Shown here piece by piece: positions 29,412 through 36,911 of a stretch of DNA of 64,000 bases. The notes below the pieces were generated by a model, which worked only from the letters and a program-made list of their open reading frames with translations, ran no database searches and was not told the DNA's origin. Positions within the stretch are counted from its first letter, which is position 1; every line of letters begins with the position of its first letter. Source of the stretch: Patescibacteria group bacterium (lineage in GTDB: Bacteria; Patescibacteriota; Minisyncoccia; Phycocordibacterales; UBA9973); assembly GCA_040388095.1 (NCBI GenBank), contig JAZKCM010000001.1:125820-189819 (forward strand). Reading direction: 5' to 3'. Both the position numbers and the translations under genes were made by a program.

Positions 29412-30689
29412 TTAAGTATACCACTTTTTCAATTTGGTCAAAATTTCTTTCAAAGATTTTAAGGTAAAATCTATATCTTCTTTTTTCGTCATACGTCCGA
29501 GAGAAAAACGGATACTTCCAGTCTCTTGATTCGCTTCTGGTTTGATCGCTCGTATGACATATGACTCACCTTCTTCGCCTGATTTACACGCGCTCTTTGC
29601 GGAAACCATTATTCCTCGAGCCGAAAGCTCTATCACGAGTAAGTCACTAGGAATTTTTGGAATCGTGACATTGATATTGTTTGGCAATCTATTTTCCCTA
29701 TCACCATTAATAATAATTTCGCAAAACTGAGAATTTTTTATGGTCTGGCTGACTTCCCCCGAGGACCTAAAAATATTATCGGTTTTCGAAATTATTTCTC
29801 GAATAAAATAATCCTGTAATTTCTTTAATCTTTTAACTTCTTTTTCTTTAATCTTTTCTGTTATTTTCAAAGCTTCAGCAAATCCTGCAATACTCGCAAG
29901 ATTTTCTGTCCCTGCTCGCAAGCCACGCTCTTGATCTCCACCAAATATGATTTTAGATATTGGTGTTTTTCTTTTTATATACAAAATACCGATTCCTTTC
30001 GGGCCGTAAATTTTCCCTGCATTGAAAGACATCATATCGATTCCCAATTTCTCAACATTGATATCCAGATAATTTATCGCTTGCGTCGCATCAATATGAA
30101 AAAGTATTTTTGTATTATGTAATTTATTGTAATGACGAATCTCTTTTGCAATTTCACGAATTGGTTGAATCGTGCCAATCTCATTATTTGCATACATAAC
30201 AGAAACCAAAATAGTTTCCGGTCGCAATGCTTTTTTGATATTTTTCGGATCAACAATACCATTTTCTTCGACTGGAACATACGCCACTTCAGCTAATTTA
30301 TTTTTTTCAAGATATTTGCAAACTTCCAAAACAGAAGCATGTTCTATATTCGTAGTAACAATATGCGGAAGATTTTTTAATGGTCTGGTGACTTTCCCCG
30401 AGGACCTGAAAAAATCTTCCGCATATTTTTTAACTATCCCATTGATCGCCAAATTATTACTTTCAGTTGCTCCGCTTGTAAAAACAATTTCATCACTATG
30501 CGCATTTAAAACCTGAGCAATAGTTTTTCGATAAACTTCAATCATATTCTTACAATGTACACCGAGGTCGTGAATAGCACTTGGATTTGCAAATTCTCCC
30601 CTTAAAGCTTTACTCATAACAGAAAAAACGCTCTTTTCGAGAGGTGTCGCTGAAGCGTAATCCAAATATATTTTCTTTGATTTTTTCAT
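29412..30689 (-). CDS. Cysteine desulfurase (NifS/IscS-like, class V aminotransferase) with two short insertions
   Basis: Contains the PLP-lysine region SFNAGKIYGPKG, the HIVTTNIEHASV motif, and the active-site Cys region SAKSACKSGE. At 425 aa it is longer than typical at two loops, which coincide with a DNA repeat. Confidence 0.85.
   Translation of the reverse strand: MKKSKKIYLDYASATPLEKSVFSVMSKALRGEFANPSAIHDLGVHCKNMIEVYRKTIAQVLNAHSDEIVFTSGATESNNLAINGIVKKYAEDFFRSSGKVTRPLKNLPHIVTTNIEHASVLEVCKYLEKNKLAEVAYVPVEENGIVDPKNIKKALRPETILVSVMYANNEIGTIQPIREIAKEIRHYNKLHNTKILFHIDATQAINYLDINVEKLGIDMMSFNAGKIYGPKGIGILYIKRKTPISKIIFGGDQERGLRAGTENLASIAGFAEALKITEKIKEKEVKRLKKLQDYFIREIISKTDNIFRSSGEVSQTIKNSQFCEIIINGDRENRLPNNINVTIPKIPSDLLVIELSARGIMVSAKSACKSGEEGESYVIRAIKPEANQETGSIRFSLGRMTKKEDIDFTLKSLKEILTKLKKWYT
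29734..29773. repeat. ~40 bp intragenic repeat, copy 1 (inside the desulfurase gene)
   Basis: ttttttatggtctggctgacttcccccgaggacctaaaaa. Near-identical to 30373-30414. Encodes NIFRSSGEVSQTIKN. Confidence 0.8.
30373..30414. repeat. ~40 bp intragenic repeat, copy 2 (inside the desulfurase gene)
   Basis: ttttttaatggtctggtgactttccccgaggacctgaaaaaa. Encodes DFFRSSGKVTRPLKN. Confidence 0.8.
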
Positions 30690-30713
30690 ATAAAAAGTAT
30701 ATACTATCTACTC

Positions 30714-31172
30714 ATGACAGCCAAAATTGAAATCATTTTTCTAATAGTGTCTGGACTTGCTATTCTAGTGGGTATTGTTTGGATTGTCAAAACAGAGAAA
30801 CGCTTAAACAGGTTTTTTATGGGCAAAAAAGCAAGCAACTTGGAGGACACAATAAACCTCTTACAAGAGGAAATTGTGAGCTTGAAAGCAAGCAGAAATG
30901 TCATCGAAAAAGAACTTACTACCGTCAACACTAAATTGAAGCAAAGCATCCGTGGAGTTGAGACCATTAGATTCAACCCATTTCCTGATCAAGGTTCAAA
31001 CCAAAGTTTTGCAATAGCAATGCTCAATGAAGAAAATAATGGTGTCGTCATCTCAAGTCTCTATTCACGAGAGAGAATGAGTATTTTTGCAAAGCCAATC
31101 AAAAATGGAAAATCAGAATACGAATTGACGAATGAAGAGAAAGAAGCGTTGGCAAAATCTGAAATAAAATAA
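30714..31172 (+). CDS. DUF4446-family protein
   Basis: N-terminal TM, a coiled coil, then IRFNPFPDQGSNQSFAIAMLNEENNGVVISSLYSRE, which matches my memory of DUF4446. Confidence 0.6.
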   Translation: MTAKIEIIFLIVSGLAILVGIVWIVKTEKRLNRFFMGKKASNLEDTINLLQEEIVSLKASRNVIEKELTTVNTKLKQSIRGVETIRFNPFPDQGSNQSFAIAMLNEENNGVVISSLYSRERMSIFAKPIKNGKSEYELTNEEKEALAKSEIK

Positions 31173-32680
31173 TGACTCAAAAAAATGAAGAAAAAAATGT
31201 GGTAGAAAGACCACCAATAGTTGCAGTTATGGGTCATATCGACCATGGTAAATCAACATTGCTTGATTACATCAGAAAGACAAATATTGTCGACAAAGAA
31301 GCTGGAGGTATTACTCAACACATCTCAGCATACGAAGTCATCCATAAAGATGAAAATGGAAAAGATAAAAAAATCACTTTTTTAGATACACCAGGACACG
31401 AAGCATTTTCCAAAATGCGCGAACGCGGAGCTCACATTGCAGACATTGCAATACTTGTCGTATCAGCTGAAGACGGTGTCAAACCACAGACAATCGAAGC
31501 ATACAAAGCAATAGCAGGAAGCAATACTCCATTTGTCGTTGCAATAAATAAAGTAGACAAGCCTGGTGCTGACATAGAACGCACAAAGATGAACCTCGCT
31601 GAGAATGAAATCTATTTGGAAAATTATGGTGGTAAAGTACCTTTCGCACCAATCTCAGCGAAAACTGGAGAAGGTATCGACAACTTACTCTCGCTTATTT
31701 TAATTCTTGCAGAGCTTGAAAATTTTACTGGTAATACAGAAGAAAATGCAGATGGCTTTGTCCTTGAATCAAATATGGATTCAAAACGTGGAATACAAGC
31801 GACACTTATCGTAAAAAATGGAACACTGAAAAAAGGTATGTTTGTCGTATCAGAAGAAAGTATTTGTGGAACGAGAATTATCGAGAATTTCTTAGGTAAA
31901 GTCATCGATGGAGCAAGTTTCTCATCCCCTGTCAGATTGATTGGTTTTGATAAAATGCCAAAAGCAGGAAGTATTTTTAAAAGTTTTTCAAACAAAAAAG
32001 ATGCTGAAGAATATGCAAAAAACTGGAAAACAGACAATGCTCCAAATAAAGACAAACAAGAAGAAAGTAATAAAAAGATCATCCCTATTATCCTCAAAGC
32101 TGATGCATATGGTGGACTTGAAGCGATCGAAAAAGAAATCAGTAAAATCGAAAGCGAAAGTGCTGAATTCCGAATCGTCGGAAAAGGTGTCGGTCCGATA
32201 TCAGAATCTGACGTAAAAAATGCAGGTGGAAAAGAACAAAAAGCGATTATCGTCGGTTTCCATGTAAAGATAGATAAGAATGCTATTGATATAGCAGAAA
32301 AAATGGAACTCAAACTTTCTACATTTGACATCATCTACAAAATGACTGACTTCTTGAAAGAAGAAATGGAAAGTCGTAGACCAAGAGTTGAAAGCATTGA
32401 AACTACAGGTAAAGCAAAAATCTTGAAAAGCTTTAGCCAGACAAAAGAACGCCAGATTGTCGGAGGAAAAGTAATTGAGGGAGCTATAGGACTTAATCAA
32501 AATGTAAAGATAATGCGTCGTGATTTTGAAATCGGTCAAGGAAAAATAGTAAACCTCGAAAAAGGCAAAACAAAAACAAGCACTGTCGAAGAAGGAACAG
32601 AATTCGGTATGATGATTGAATCAAAAATAGAAGTTGTCGCTGGAGATGTCATTGAATGTTTTGCTGTATTTCAAAAATAA
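31172..32680 (+). CDS. infB: Translation initiation factor IF-2 (short, 502 aa)
   Basis: GTPase motifs GHIDHGKSTLLD, DTPGHEAF and NKVD, plus C-terminal beta-barrel domains. The long N-terminal region is absent. Confidence 0.95.
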   Translation: MTQKNEEKNVVERPPIVAVMGHIDHGKSTLLDYIRKTNIVDKEAGGITQHISAYEVIHKDENGKDKKITFLDTPGHEAFSKMRERGAHIADIAILVVSAEDGVKPQTIEAYKAIAGSNTPFVVAINKVDKPGADIERTKMNLAENEIYLENYGGKVPFAPISAKTGEGIDNLLSLILILAELENFTGNTEENADGFVLESNMDSKRGIQATLIVKNGTLKKGMFVVSEESICGTRIIENFLGKVIDGASFSSPVRLIGFDKMPKAGSIFKSFSNKKDAEEYAKNWKTDNAPNKDKQEESNKKIIPIILKADAYGGLEAIEKEISKIESESAEFRIVGKGVGPISESDVKNAGGKEQKAIIVGFHVKIDKNAIDIAEKMELKLSTFDIIYKMTDFLKEEMESRRPRVESIETTGKAKILKSFSQTKERQIVGGKVIEGAIGLNQNVKIMRRDFEIGQGKIVNLEKGKTKTSTVEEGTEFGMMIESKIEVVAGDVIECFAVFQK

Positions 32681-32681
32681 T

Positions 32682-33005
32682 ATGTCAGAACGTATAGAAA
32701 AAGTAAATAAATTGATAAAAGGATTGGTTGCAAATTTCTTAAATGAAGAAAGTACTTCTGCTTCTTTGATATCGGTCACTAGTATAGACACATCACCTGA
32801 CCTAAAAAAGGCGACAATATATTTGAGTATCTTACCAGAGAATCAAGAAAAGACTGCTCTTCTTTTCGCAAAAAGGAAACTTCCAGATATACGAGAACAT
32901 TTAAAGAAAAATATGGAAACAAAACATATTCCATTTTTGGAAGTAGCATTGGATATGGGAGAGAAAAATAGACAGAAAATTGACGAATTGCTTCGAGAAA
33001 AGTAA
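32682..33005 (+). CDS. rbfA: Ribosome-binding factor A
   Basis: Start at ATG 32682 (MSERIEKVNKLIKGLVANFL). KH-like RbfA pattern. Shows infB-rbfA synteny. Confidence 0.85.
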   Translation: MSERIEKVNKLIKGLVANFLNEESTSASLISVTSIDTSPDLKKATIYLSILPENQEKTALLFAKRKLPDIREHLKKNMETKHIPFLEVALDMGEKNRQKIDELLREK

Positions 33006-33017
33006 TATGTAAAAGTC

Positions 33018-33089
33018 GGCCTAGTCGCCAAGTGGTAAGGCAAAGATCTGCAAAATCTTTATACGACGGTTCGATTCCGTCCTAGGCCT
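33018..33089 (+). tRNA. tRNA-Cys (anticodon GCA)
   Basis: GGCCTAG-TC-GCC-AAGTGGTAA-GGC-A-AAGAT-CTGCAAA-ATCTT-TATAC-GACGG-TTCGATT-CCGTC-CTAGGCC-T. Confidence 0.9.
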
Positions 33090-33129
33090 CAGTTGTAATT
33101 TTAAAATTTAATATTATAATTTGTTCATT

Positions 33130-33211
33130 GCCCGGATGGCGGAATTGGTATACGCGCACGACTTAAAATCGTGTCTCGCAAGGGATGTGGGTTCGACCCC
33201 CACTCCGGGCA
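33130..33211 (+). tRNA. tRNA-Leu (anticodon UAA)
   Basis: Acceptor GCCCGGA/TCCGGGC, anticodon arm CACGA-CTTAAAA-TCGTG, long variable arm, T arm GTGGG-TTCGACC-CCCAC. Confidence 0.9.
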
Positions 33212-33246
33212 CAAAAATCAATTTTGATTTTTAAAGAATTTAAGAA

Positions 33247-33359
33247 GTTTGCACCCATAAACTTTTGGTAAATAATAGTAAAGTTTGCACCCATAAACTT
33301 TTGGTAAATAATAGTAAAGTTTGCACCCATAACTGTTTTGGTAAATAATAGTAAAGTTT
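33247..33359 (+). repeat. Tandem 36-37 bp repeat (3 full units) that copies the upstream region plus the first ~12 nt of tRNA-Lys
   Basis: Units start at 33247, 33283 and 33319: gtttgcacccataaacttttggtaaataatagtaaa, with the third unit showing ..aactgtttt... A fourth start at 33356 runs into the real tRNA-Lys (gcacccataactcagctgg). Confidence 0.9.
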
Positions 33360-33432
33360 GCACCCATAACTCAGCTGGTAGAGTAGCTCCCTCTTAAGGA
33401 GAATGTCGCAGGTTCGATCCCTGCTGGGTGCA
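33360..33432 (+). tRNA. tRNA-Lys (anticodon CUU)
   Basis: Acceptor GCACCCA/TGGGTGC, D arm ACTC-AGCTGGTA-GAGT, anticodon loop CTCTTAA, T arm GCAGG-TTCGATC-CCTGC. Confidence 0.9.
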
Positions 33433-33545
33433 CAAATTAAAAAGTTTACGGGGTAAAGTTTTTAATTTGTGCAAGGCGGAGGCACGACGGTGCCGAGCCG
33501 GGGTCGCGTAAAAATTCAGTAGAATTTTATATGTGACCACAATTG
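33433..33545 (+). ncRNA. Candidate structured RNA fused to the tRNA-Lys trailer (copy B of a 2-copy motif)
   Basis: Contains the blocks TTGTGCAAGGCGGAG, GAGCCGGGGTCGCG, AAAATT and TGACCACA, plus three hairpins (CACAAATTAAAAAGTTTAC/GTAAAGTTTTTAATTTGTG, GGCAC/GTGCC, AAAATTC/GAATTTT). Homologous to 546-690. Confidence 0.4.
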
Positions 33546-33561
33546 CACAGAAAAATAAATC

Positions 33562-33643
33562 GCTGGAGTGGCGGAATTGGTATACGCGCTAGTCTTAGGA
33601 ACTAGTACCGCAAGGTTTGAGGGTTCGAGTCCCTCCTCCAGCA
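33562..33643 (+). tRNA. tRNA-Leu (anticodon UAG)
   Basis: Acceptor GCTGGAG/CTCCAGC, anticodon arm CTAGT-CTTAGGA-ACTAG, long variable arm, T arm GAGGG-TTCGAGT-CCCTC. Confidence 0.9.
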
Positions 33644-33657
33644 CATTAAATAAGTAC

Positions 33658-33686
33658 TTGACTTTTAAAGTCATATATGCTATACT
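33658..33686 (+). promoter_or_regulatory. Near-consensus sigma70-type promoter (TTGACT-N17-TATACT)
   Basis: The -35 TTGACT is at 33658-33663, followed by a 17 nt spacer and the -10 TATACT at 33681-33686. The ATG at 33693 lies about 7 nt downstream of the -10, so the mRNA may be leaderless. Confidence 0.5.
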
Positions 33687-33692
33687 TTATGT

Positions 33693-34436
33693 ATGATGAA
33701 TAAAATACAAAACAAAAAAATAATTTTAACCTTATCTCTACTAGTTATTTTAGGCACAACAGTACTTATCGCCCCACAGAAAGCGAGTGCTCTCAATGCC
33801 TCTTATAACATAGAAACTGCAGGTTCAAGTACACAATCAAATACAAATAATAATTACAATAATAACCAAAATGTTACTTATTATAACGATACTACAAATT
33901 ACAATACTACACCTATTATCTATTCTATTAGCCCAAACAGTGCTGTATCAGGAAATAATACAGTCGTAGCGACTATCACTGGTGCAAACTTTACACCAGG
34001 ATCTACAGCAAGATTTAACGGTGCTGATAAAGAAACAAGATATTATGATTCTAGACACCTCGGAATGGTTCTCTCTCCTATCGATCTTGATGGAAAAGGA
34101 ACTTATTTTGTAACAGTCTATAATCCTTCAAATGGAAGTATTTCAAATGGAGTATCATTTACACTTAACAAAACAGTAGCTACTTCTTCAGGAAGTGTTA
34201 CAAAAAAGGTAACGAAAAGTACTACATCTACAGTAGCAAAAGCAAAAACATCATCTACAAGTACTTCTAATAATTCAAATGCTTTAAGTGCAAATGCATT
34301 ATCTGGATCAAATGGATTCTTTCCATCAAGTCTTATAGAATGGTTATTGCTCGCAATTCTTATCTTCCTAGTCGTCATATTGGTTCGTAAGACATATATG
34401 AGTCACGAAGAACACGCACCACTCAAACATGCTTAA
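33693..34436 (+). CDS. Secreted IPT/TIG-domain protein with C-terminal membrane anchor
   Basis: Signal peptide ending APQKASA, an Asn-rich linker, an Ig-like IPT/TIG-type segment (PIIYSISPNSAVSGNNTVVATITGANFTPGSTARFNG...VTVYNPSNGSISNGVSFTL), a Ser/Thr-rich stalk, and a C-terminal TM (LLLAILIFLVVILV). Confidence 0.6.
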   Translation: MMNKIQNKKIILTLSLLVILGTTVLIAPQKASALNASYNIETAGSSTQSNTNNNYNNNQNVTYYNDTTNYNTTPIIYSISPNSAVSGNNTVVATITGANFTPGSTARFNGADKETRYYDSRHLGMVLSPIDLDGKGTYFVTVYNPSNGSISNGVSFTLNKTVATSSGSVTKKVTKSTTSTVAKAKTSSTSTSNNSNALSANALSGSNGFFPSSLIEWLLLAILIFLVVILVRKTYMSHEEHAPLKHA

Positions 34437-34455
34437 AATATAAGCTAAAATGTAC

Positions 34456-34488
34456 AAAAAAGTCAGGCAGAAATGCTTGACTTTTTTG
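34456..34488 (+). terminator. Intrinsic terminator after the IPT/TIG gene
   Basis: AAGTCAGGC...GCTTGACTT hairpin followed by a T-run. Its 3' half overlaps the -35 of the next promoter. Confidence 0.7.
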
Positions 34489-34505
34489 TTTGTTTATGCT
34501 ATACT
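34477..34505 (+). promoter_or_regulatory. Near-consensus promoter (TTGACT-N17-TATACT) for the SPFH operon
   Basis: TTGACT at 34477-34482, a 17 nt spacer, and TATACT at 34500-34505. Confidence 0.5.
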
Positions 34506-34550
34506 TGTATTAGAAAATGTAATATTAACAATTAAATAAAAAACAAAAAA

Positions 34551-35495
34551 ATGACAGCAACAACTCCAACAACAAAAATGAACATCCCGAAAACACCGAC
34601 TGGCGTAGGAATATTACTTACAAATCTTTTAATTGTATTGCTATCTATCTTTCTAGTCAACATCAAACTTCCATTATTAATAAGTATTGGTATAGTACTC
34701 ATAGCATTAGCATCAATTCTTAAAAAATACTTTTTGTTTGAAGTACTAGCTTATCATGCAATAGTAATGACTAACGCATTTACTGGTGCAAGAAGAGTGC
34801 TCTTCCCTGGATTAAATATTATTCTTCCATGGGAATCAGCTGAGGAAAAAGAAGATAATGATGAATTAAATTACATTGATTTGAAAAAATCTATTCCTTG
34901 TATATGTAAAGGTAAAATTTTTCAAACAAAAGATTCGACAATGGTGGTAGATTATCTTATCGCGATGCATTTAAACATTTCAGGAAGCTACCATGATGCA
35001 AGTACAAATGTTTTAAATTTTGATTCTATAAAAGAAGAAGCTTTAAAAGAACTTGCGGAGAAAAAAATTACAGGAATATTTTCTGGATATTACTCTACGC
35101 ATGAACTTAATAACCTTATCGACGAATCAGCTGTTATGCAAGAAATGTTTGAAAAAACTTCATCAATACCAGATATAGCAAAAAGAAATAATGCTATAGT
35201 ATCAGAAATAGAATCCAACTATGGAGTAAAAGTTACAATAGTTCTAGAAAACAGTAATCCTGACAAACTAGTTCAAGAATACTACGATACCGTTGCTAAG
35301 GCTGATGCTTTTGATAAAGCAGTAGATGTATTAGTAAAAGGTGGGATGGACAGATCAAAAGCGGAGTTGAAAGTAGAAAAAATGATGACTGACATGAACA
35401 CTACTGAACAAATCTTTACTATAAAAGGTTTAGAAAAACTTACTAGTCTTGTAATGCCAAATGTAGGAGGAACATCAACAAAAAAAACTAAATAA
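34551..35495 (+). CDS. SPFH/Band-7-like membrane protein
   Basis: Two N-terminal TM helices are followed by an SPFH-like pattern (VLAYHAIVMTNAFTGARRVLFPGLNIILPW...QTKDSTMVVDYLIAMHL...NYGVKVTIVLENSNP) and a helical tail. Confidence 0.5.
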   Translation: MTATTPTTKMNIPKTPTGVGILLTNLLIVLLSIFLVNIKLPLLISIGIVLIALASILKKYFLFEVLAYHAIVMTNAFTGARRVLFPGLNIILPWESAEEKEDNDELNYIDLKKSIPCICKGKIFQTKDSTMVVDYLIAMHLNISGSYHDASTNVLNFDSIKEEALKELAEKKITGIFSGYYSTHELNNLIDESAVMQEMFEKTSSIPDIAKRNNAIVSEIESNYGVKVTIVLENSNPDKLVQEYYDTVAKADAFDKAVDVLVKGGMDRSKAELKVEKMMTDMNTTEQIFTIKGLEKLTSLVMPNVGGTSTKKTK

Positions 35496-35497
35496 AA

Positions 35498-35947
35498 ATG
35501 AGCGATACACATGGAACGAGTTCTGGAACTCCTAAAAAAACCAAAACGGCTGATATAATCAGCAAAATCATTTTGTATGTTGGAATAATTGCTATTTCTT
35601 ATGGTCTTTGGTATTACTTTTCAGATAAATGGAATGTTAATATAAATAAAGAAACAGGAAATATTGAAGTATTTAGCACAGAAGGTAACGGATACGCTAC
35701 AAAAAACAATCCTGTTAAAGCATATCTAGATCCAAAACTTAGCTACACAAGACACCGGCACGGAAATGGAGCACCAGGAATAGCTAAAGCAAAGTATGTT
35801 CTTGCTTCAAATCATCATTTGTTTTTTATTTCATCTGATGCACCCGAAGATACTTCAAACATAAATGCTTGGGCAGAAATGCCAGCTGGGAATTACCTAA
35901 TTTATCCTATAGATGAAGAAGGAATAACTTTCTGGTGGTATAAGTAA
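35498..35947 (+). CDS. Hypothetical membrane-anchored protein (149 aa), coupled to the SPFH gene
   Basis: Starts 3 nt after the SPFH stop. One TM (IILYVGIIAISYGLWYYF) and a small soluble domain. Its position resembles the NfeD-type partner of SPFH proteins (inference). Confidence 0.5.
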   Translation: MSDTHGTSSGTPKKTKTADIISKIILYVGIIAISYGLWYYFSDKWNVNINKETGNIEVFSTEGNGYATKNNPVKAYLDPKLSYTRHRHGNGAPGIAKAKYVLASNHHLFFISSDAPEDTSNINAWAEMPAGNYLIYPIDEEGITFWWYK

Positions 35948-35969
35948 AACGCACAAAATGTGCAAAACA

Positions 35970-36004
35970 AAAAGGCAGTTCGCAAAGCGAACTGCCTTTT
36001 TTTC
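35970..36004. terminator. Bidirectional intrinsic terminator
   Basis: AGGCAGTTCGC-AAA-GCGAACTGCCT flanked by an A-run and a T-run, between convergent genes. Confidence 0.8.
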
Positions 36005-36021
36005 TTTATAAAATGTATCCT

Positions 36022-36378
36022 CTAGTCTTTAAGGAAAGGATTTGGATTACTCGGATTATAGTCCTGCAATTCAACTGTACCTTCCTTTGGATTTATTCCT
36101 GTGATATTGAGCGTATTCATAATAATACTGAGGATACTCCATACAGCAATCATAATAAATATACCAATGACACCAAAGAGCATATGTTTCTTGCCGATGG
36201 TTCGTGCTTCTTCATTTTCAGTATTTGAAATAAATTCAAAGATACCCCAAAGAAAATAAACGACCGCTAAGGCAAACAAAAGTATGATGATTGGGTTGAT
36301 GATCAACCTATCAACATTACTAATGAAAGCATCGAGGCTCTCACTTGCATATGCAACATTTGTAAAGAATACATTCAT
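36022..36378 (-). CDS. VirB2/TrbC-like (T4SS-pilin-like) small membrane protein, paralog 1
   Basis: Two hydrophobic helices flank a charged loop: ILLFALAVVYFLWGIFEFISNTENEEARTIGKKHMLFGVIGIFIMIAVWSIL. Same core as paralogs 2-4. Confidence 0.65.
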   Translation of the reverse strand: MNVFFTNVAYASESLDAFISNVDRLIINPIIILLFALAVVYFLWGIFEFISNTENEEARTIGKKHMLFGVIGIFIMIAVWSILSIIMNTLNITGINPKEGTVELQDYNPSNPNPFLKD

Positions 36379-36384
36379 AAAGTA

Positions 36385-36798
36385 TTAACAACTTCCTGGA
36401 ATACAAGGCACTTGAATACTTGCGTTGTTTGTAACACCGAAAGTATCCTTGAGGATAGTAACAAGTCCCCAGATAGAAACGATAACAGCGAGACCGATAA
36501 GACCATAGATCATCTTGTCGCGTCCTGCAGTCTTTGCTTCTTCTTCTTTTGCAACAACATAAGAAACAACTCCCCAGATAAAGTACACAACTCCAAGACC
36601 AATGAGTATTGGAATTATGAGGTTAATAAATTCACTGATTTTACAAATGATATAACCTAAAGTAACACCGTTTGCACCAGCTACGATAGATGATGATGCA
36701 CATGTTGCAGTTGATGTTCCAATTGTTTGAGCGAAAGCTAAAACAGGAAGGAGTAATGCTGAAGCGAAACCTGTCAAACCAATAATTTTCTTTTTCAT
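36385..36798 (-). CDS. VirB2/TrbC-like (T4SS-pilin-like) protein, paralog 2
   Basis: Start set at MKKKIIGLTGF (36798). Signal peptide ending VLAFAQ. Core IPILIGLGVVYFIWGVVSYVVAKEEEAKTAGRDKMIYGLIGLAVIVSIWGLV. Confidence 0.7.
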   Translation of the reverse strand: MKKKIIGLTGFASALLLPVLAFAQTIGTSTATCASSSIVAGANGVTLGYIICKISEFINLIIPILIGLGVVYFIWGVVSYVVAKEEEAKTAGRDKMIYGLIGLAVIVSIWGLVTILKDTFGVTNNASIQVPCIPGSC

Positions 36799-36911
36799 AT
36801 ATAATTTTATATTTAATAATAATAATTTAAACCCAGCGACCTTTTTTAAAATAAATTCCCTAAACAAATAGGCTTCCTACATTATATCGTGTACTGAAAA
36901 TAGGCGCAATA

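Noticed and set aside
33247-33359. Possible CRISPR array
   Set aside because: The units are directly abutting with no spacers. There are only 3-4 copies, the repeat contains the tRNA-Lys 5' end, and there are no cas genes.
33163-33363. 66 aa minus-strand ORF with internal FMGANFTIIYQK repeats
   Set aside because: It is a translation of the 36 bp tandem DNA repeat and of the tRNA-Leu/tRNA-Lys antisense strand, not a gene.
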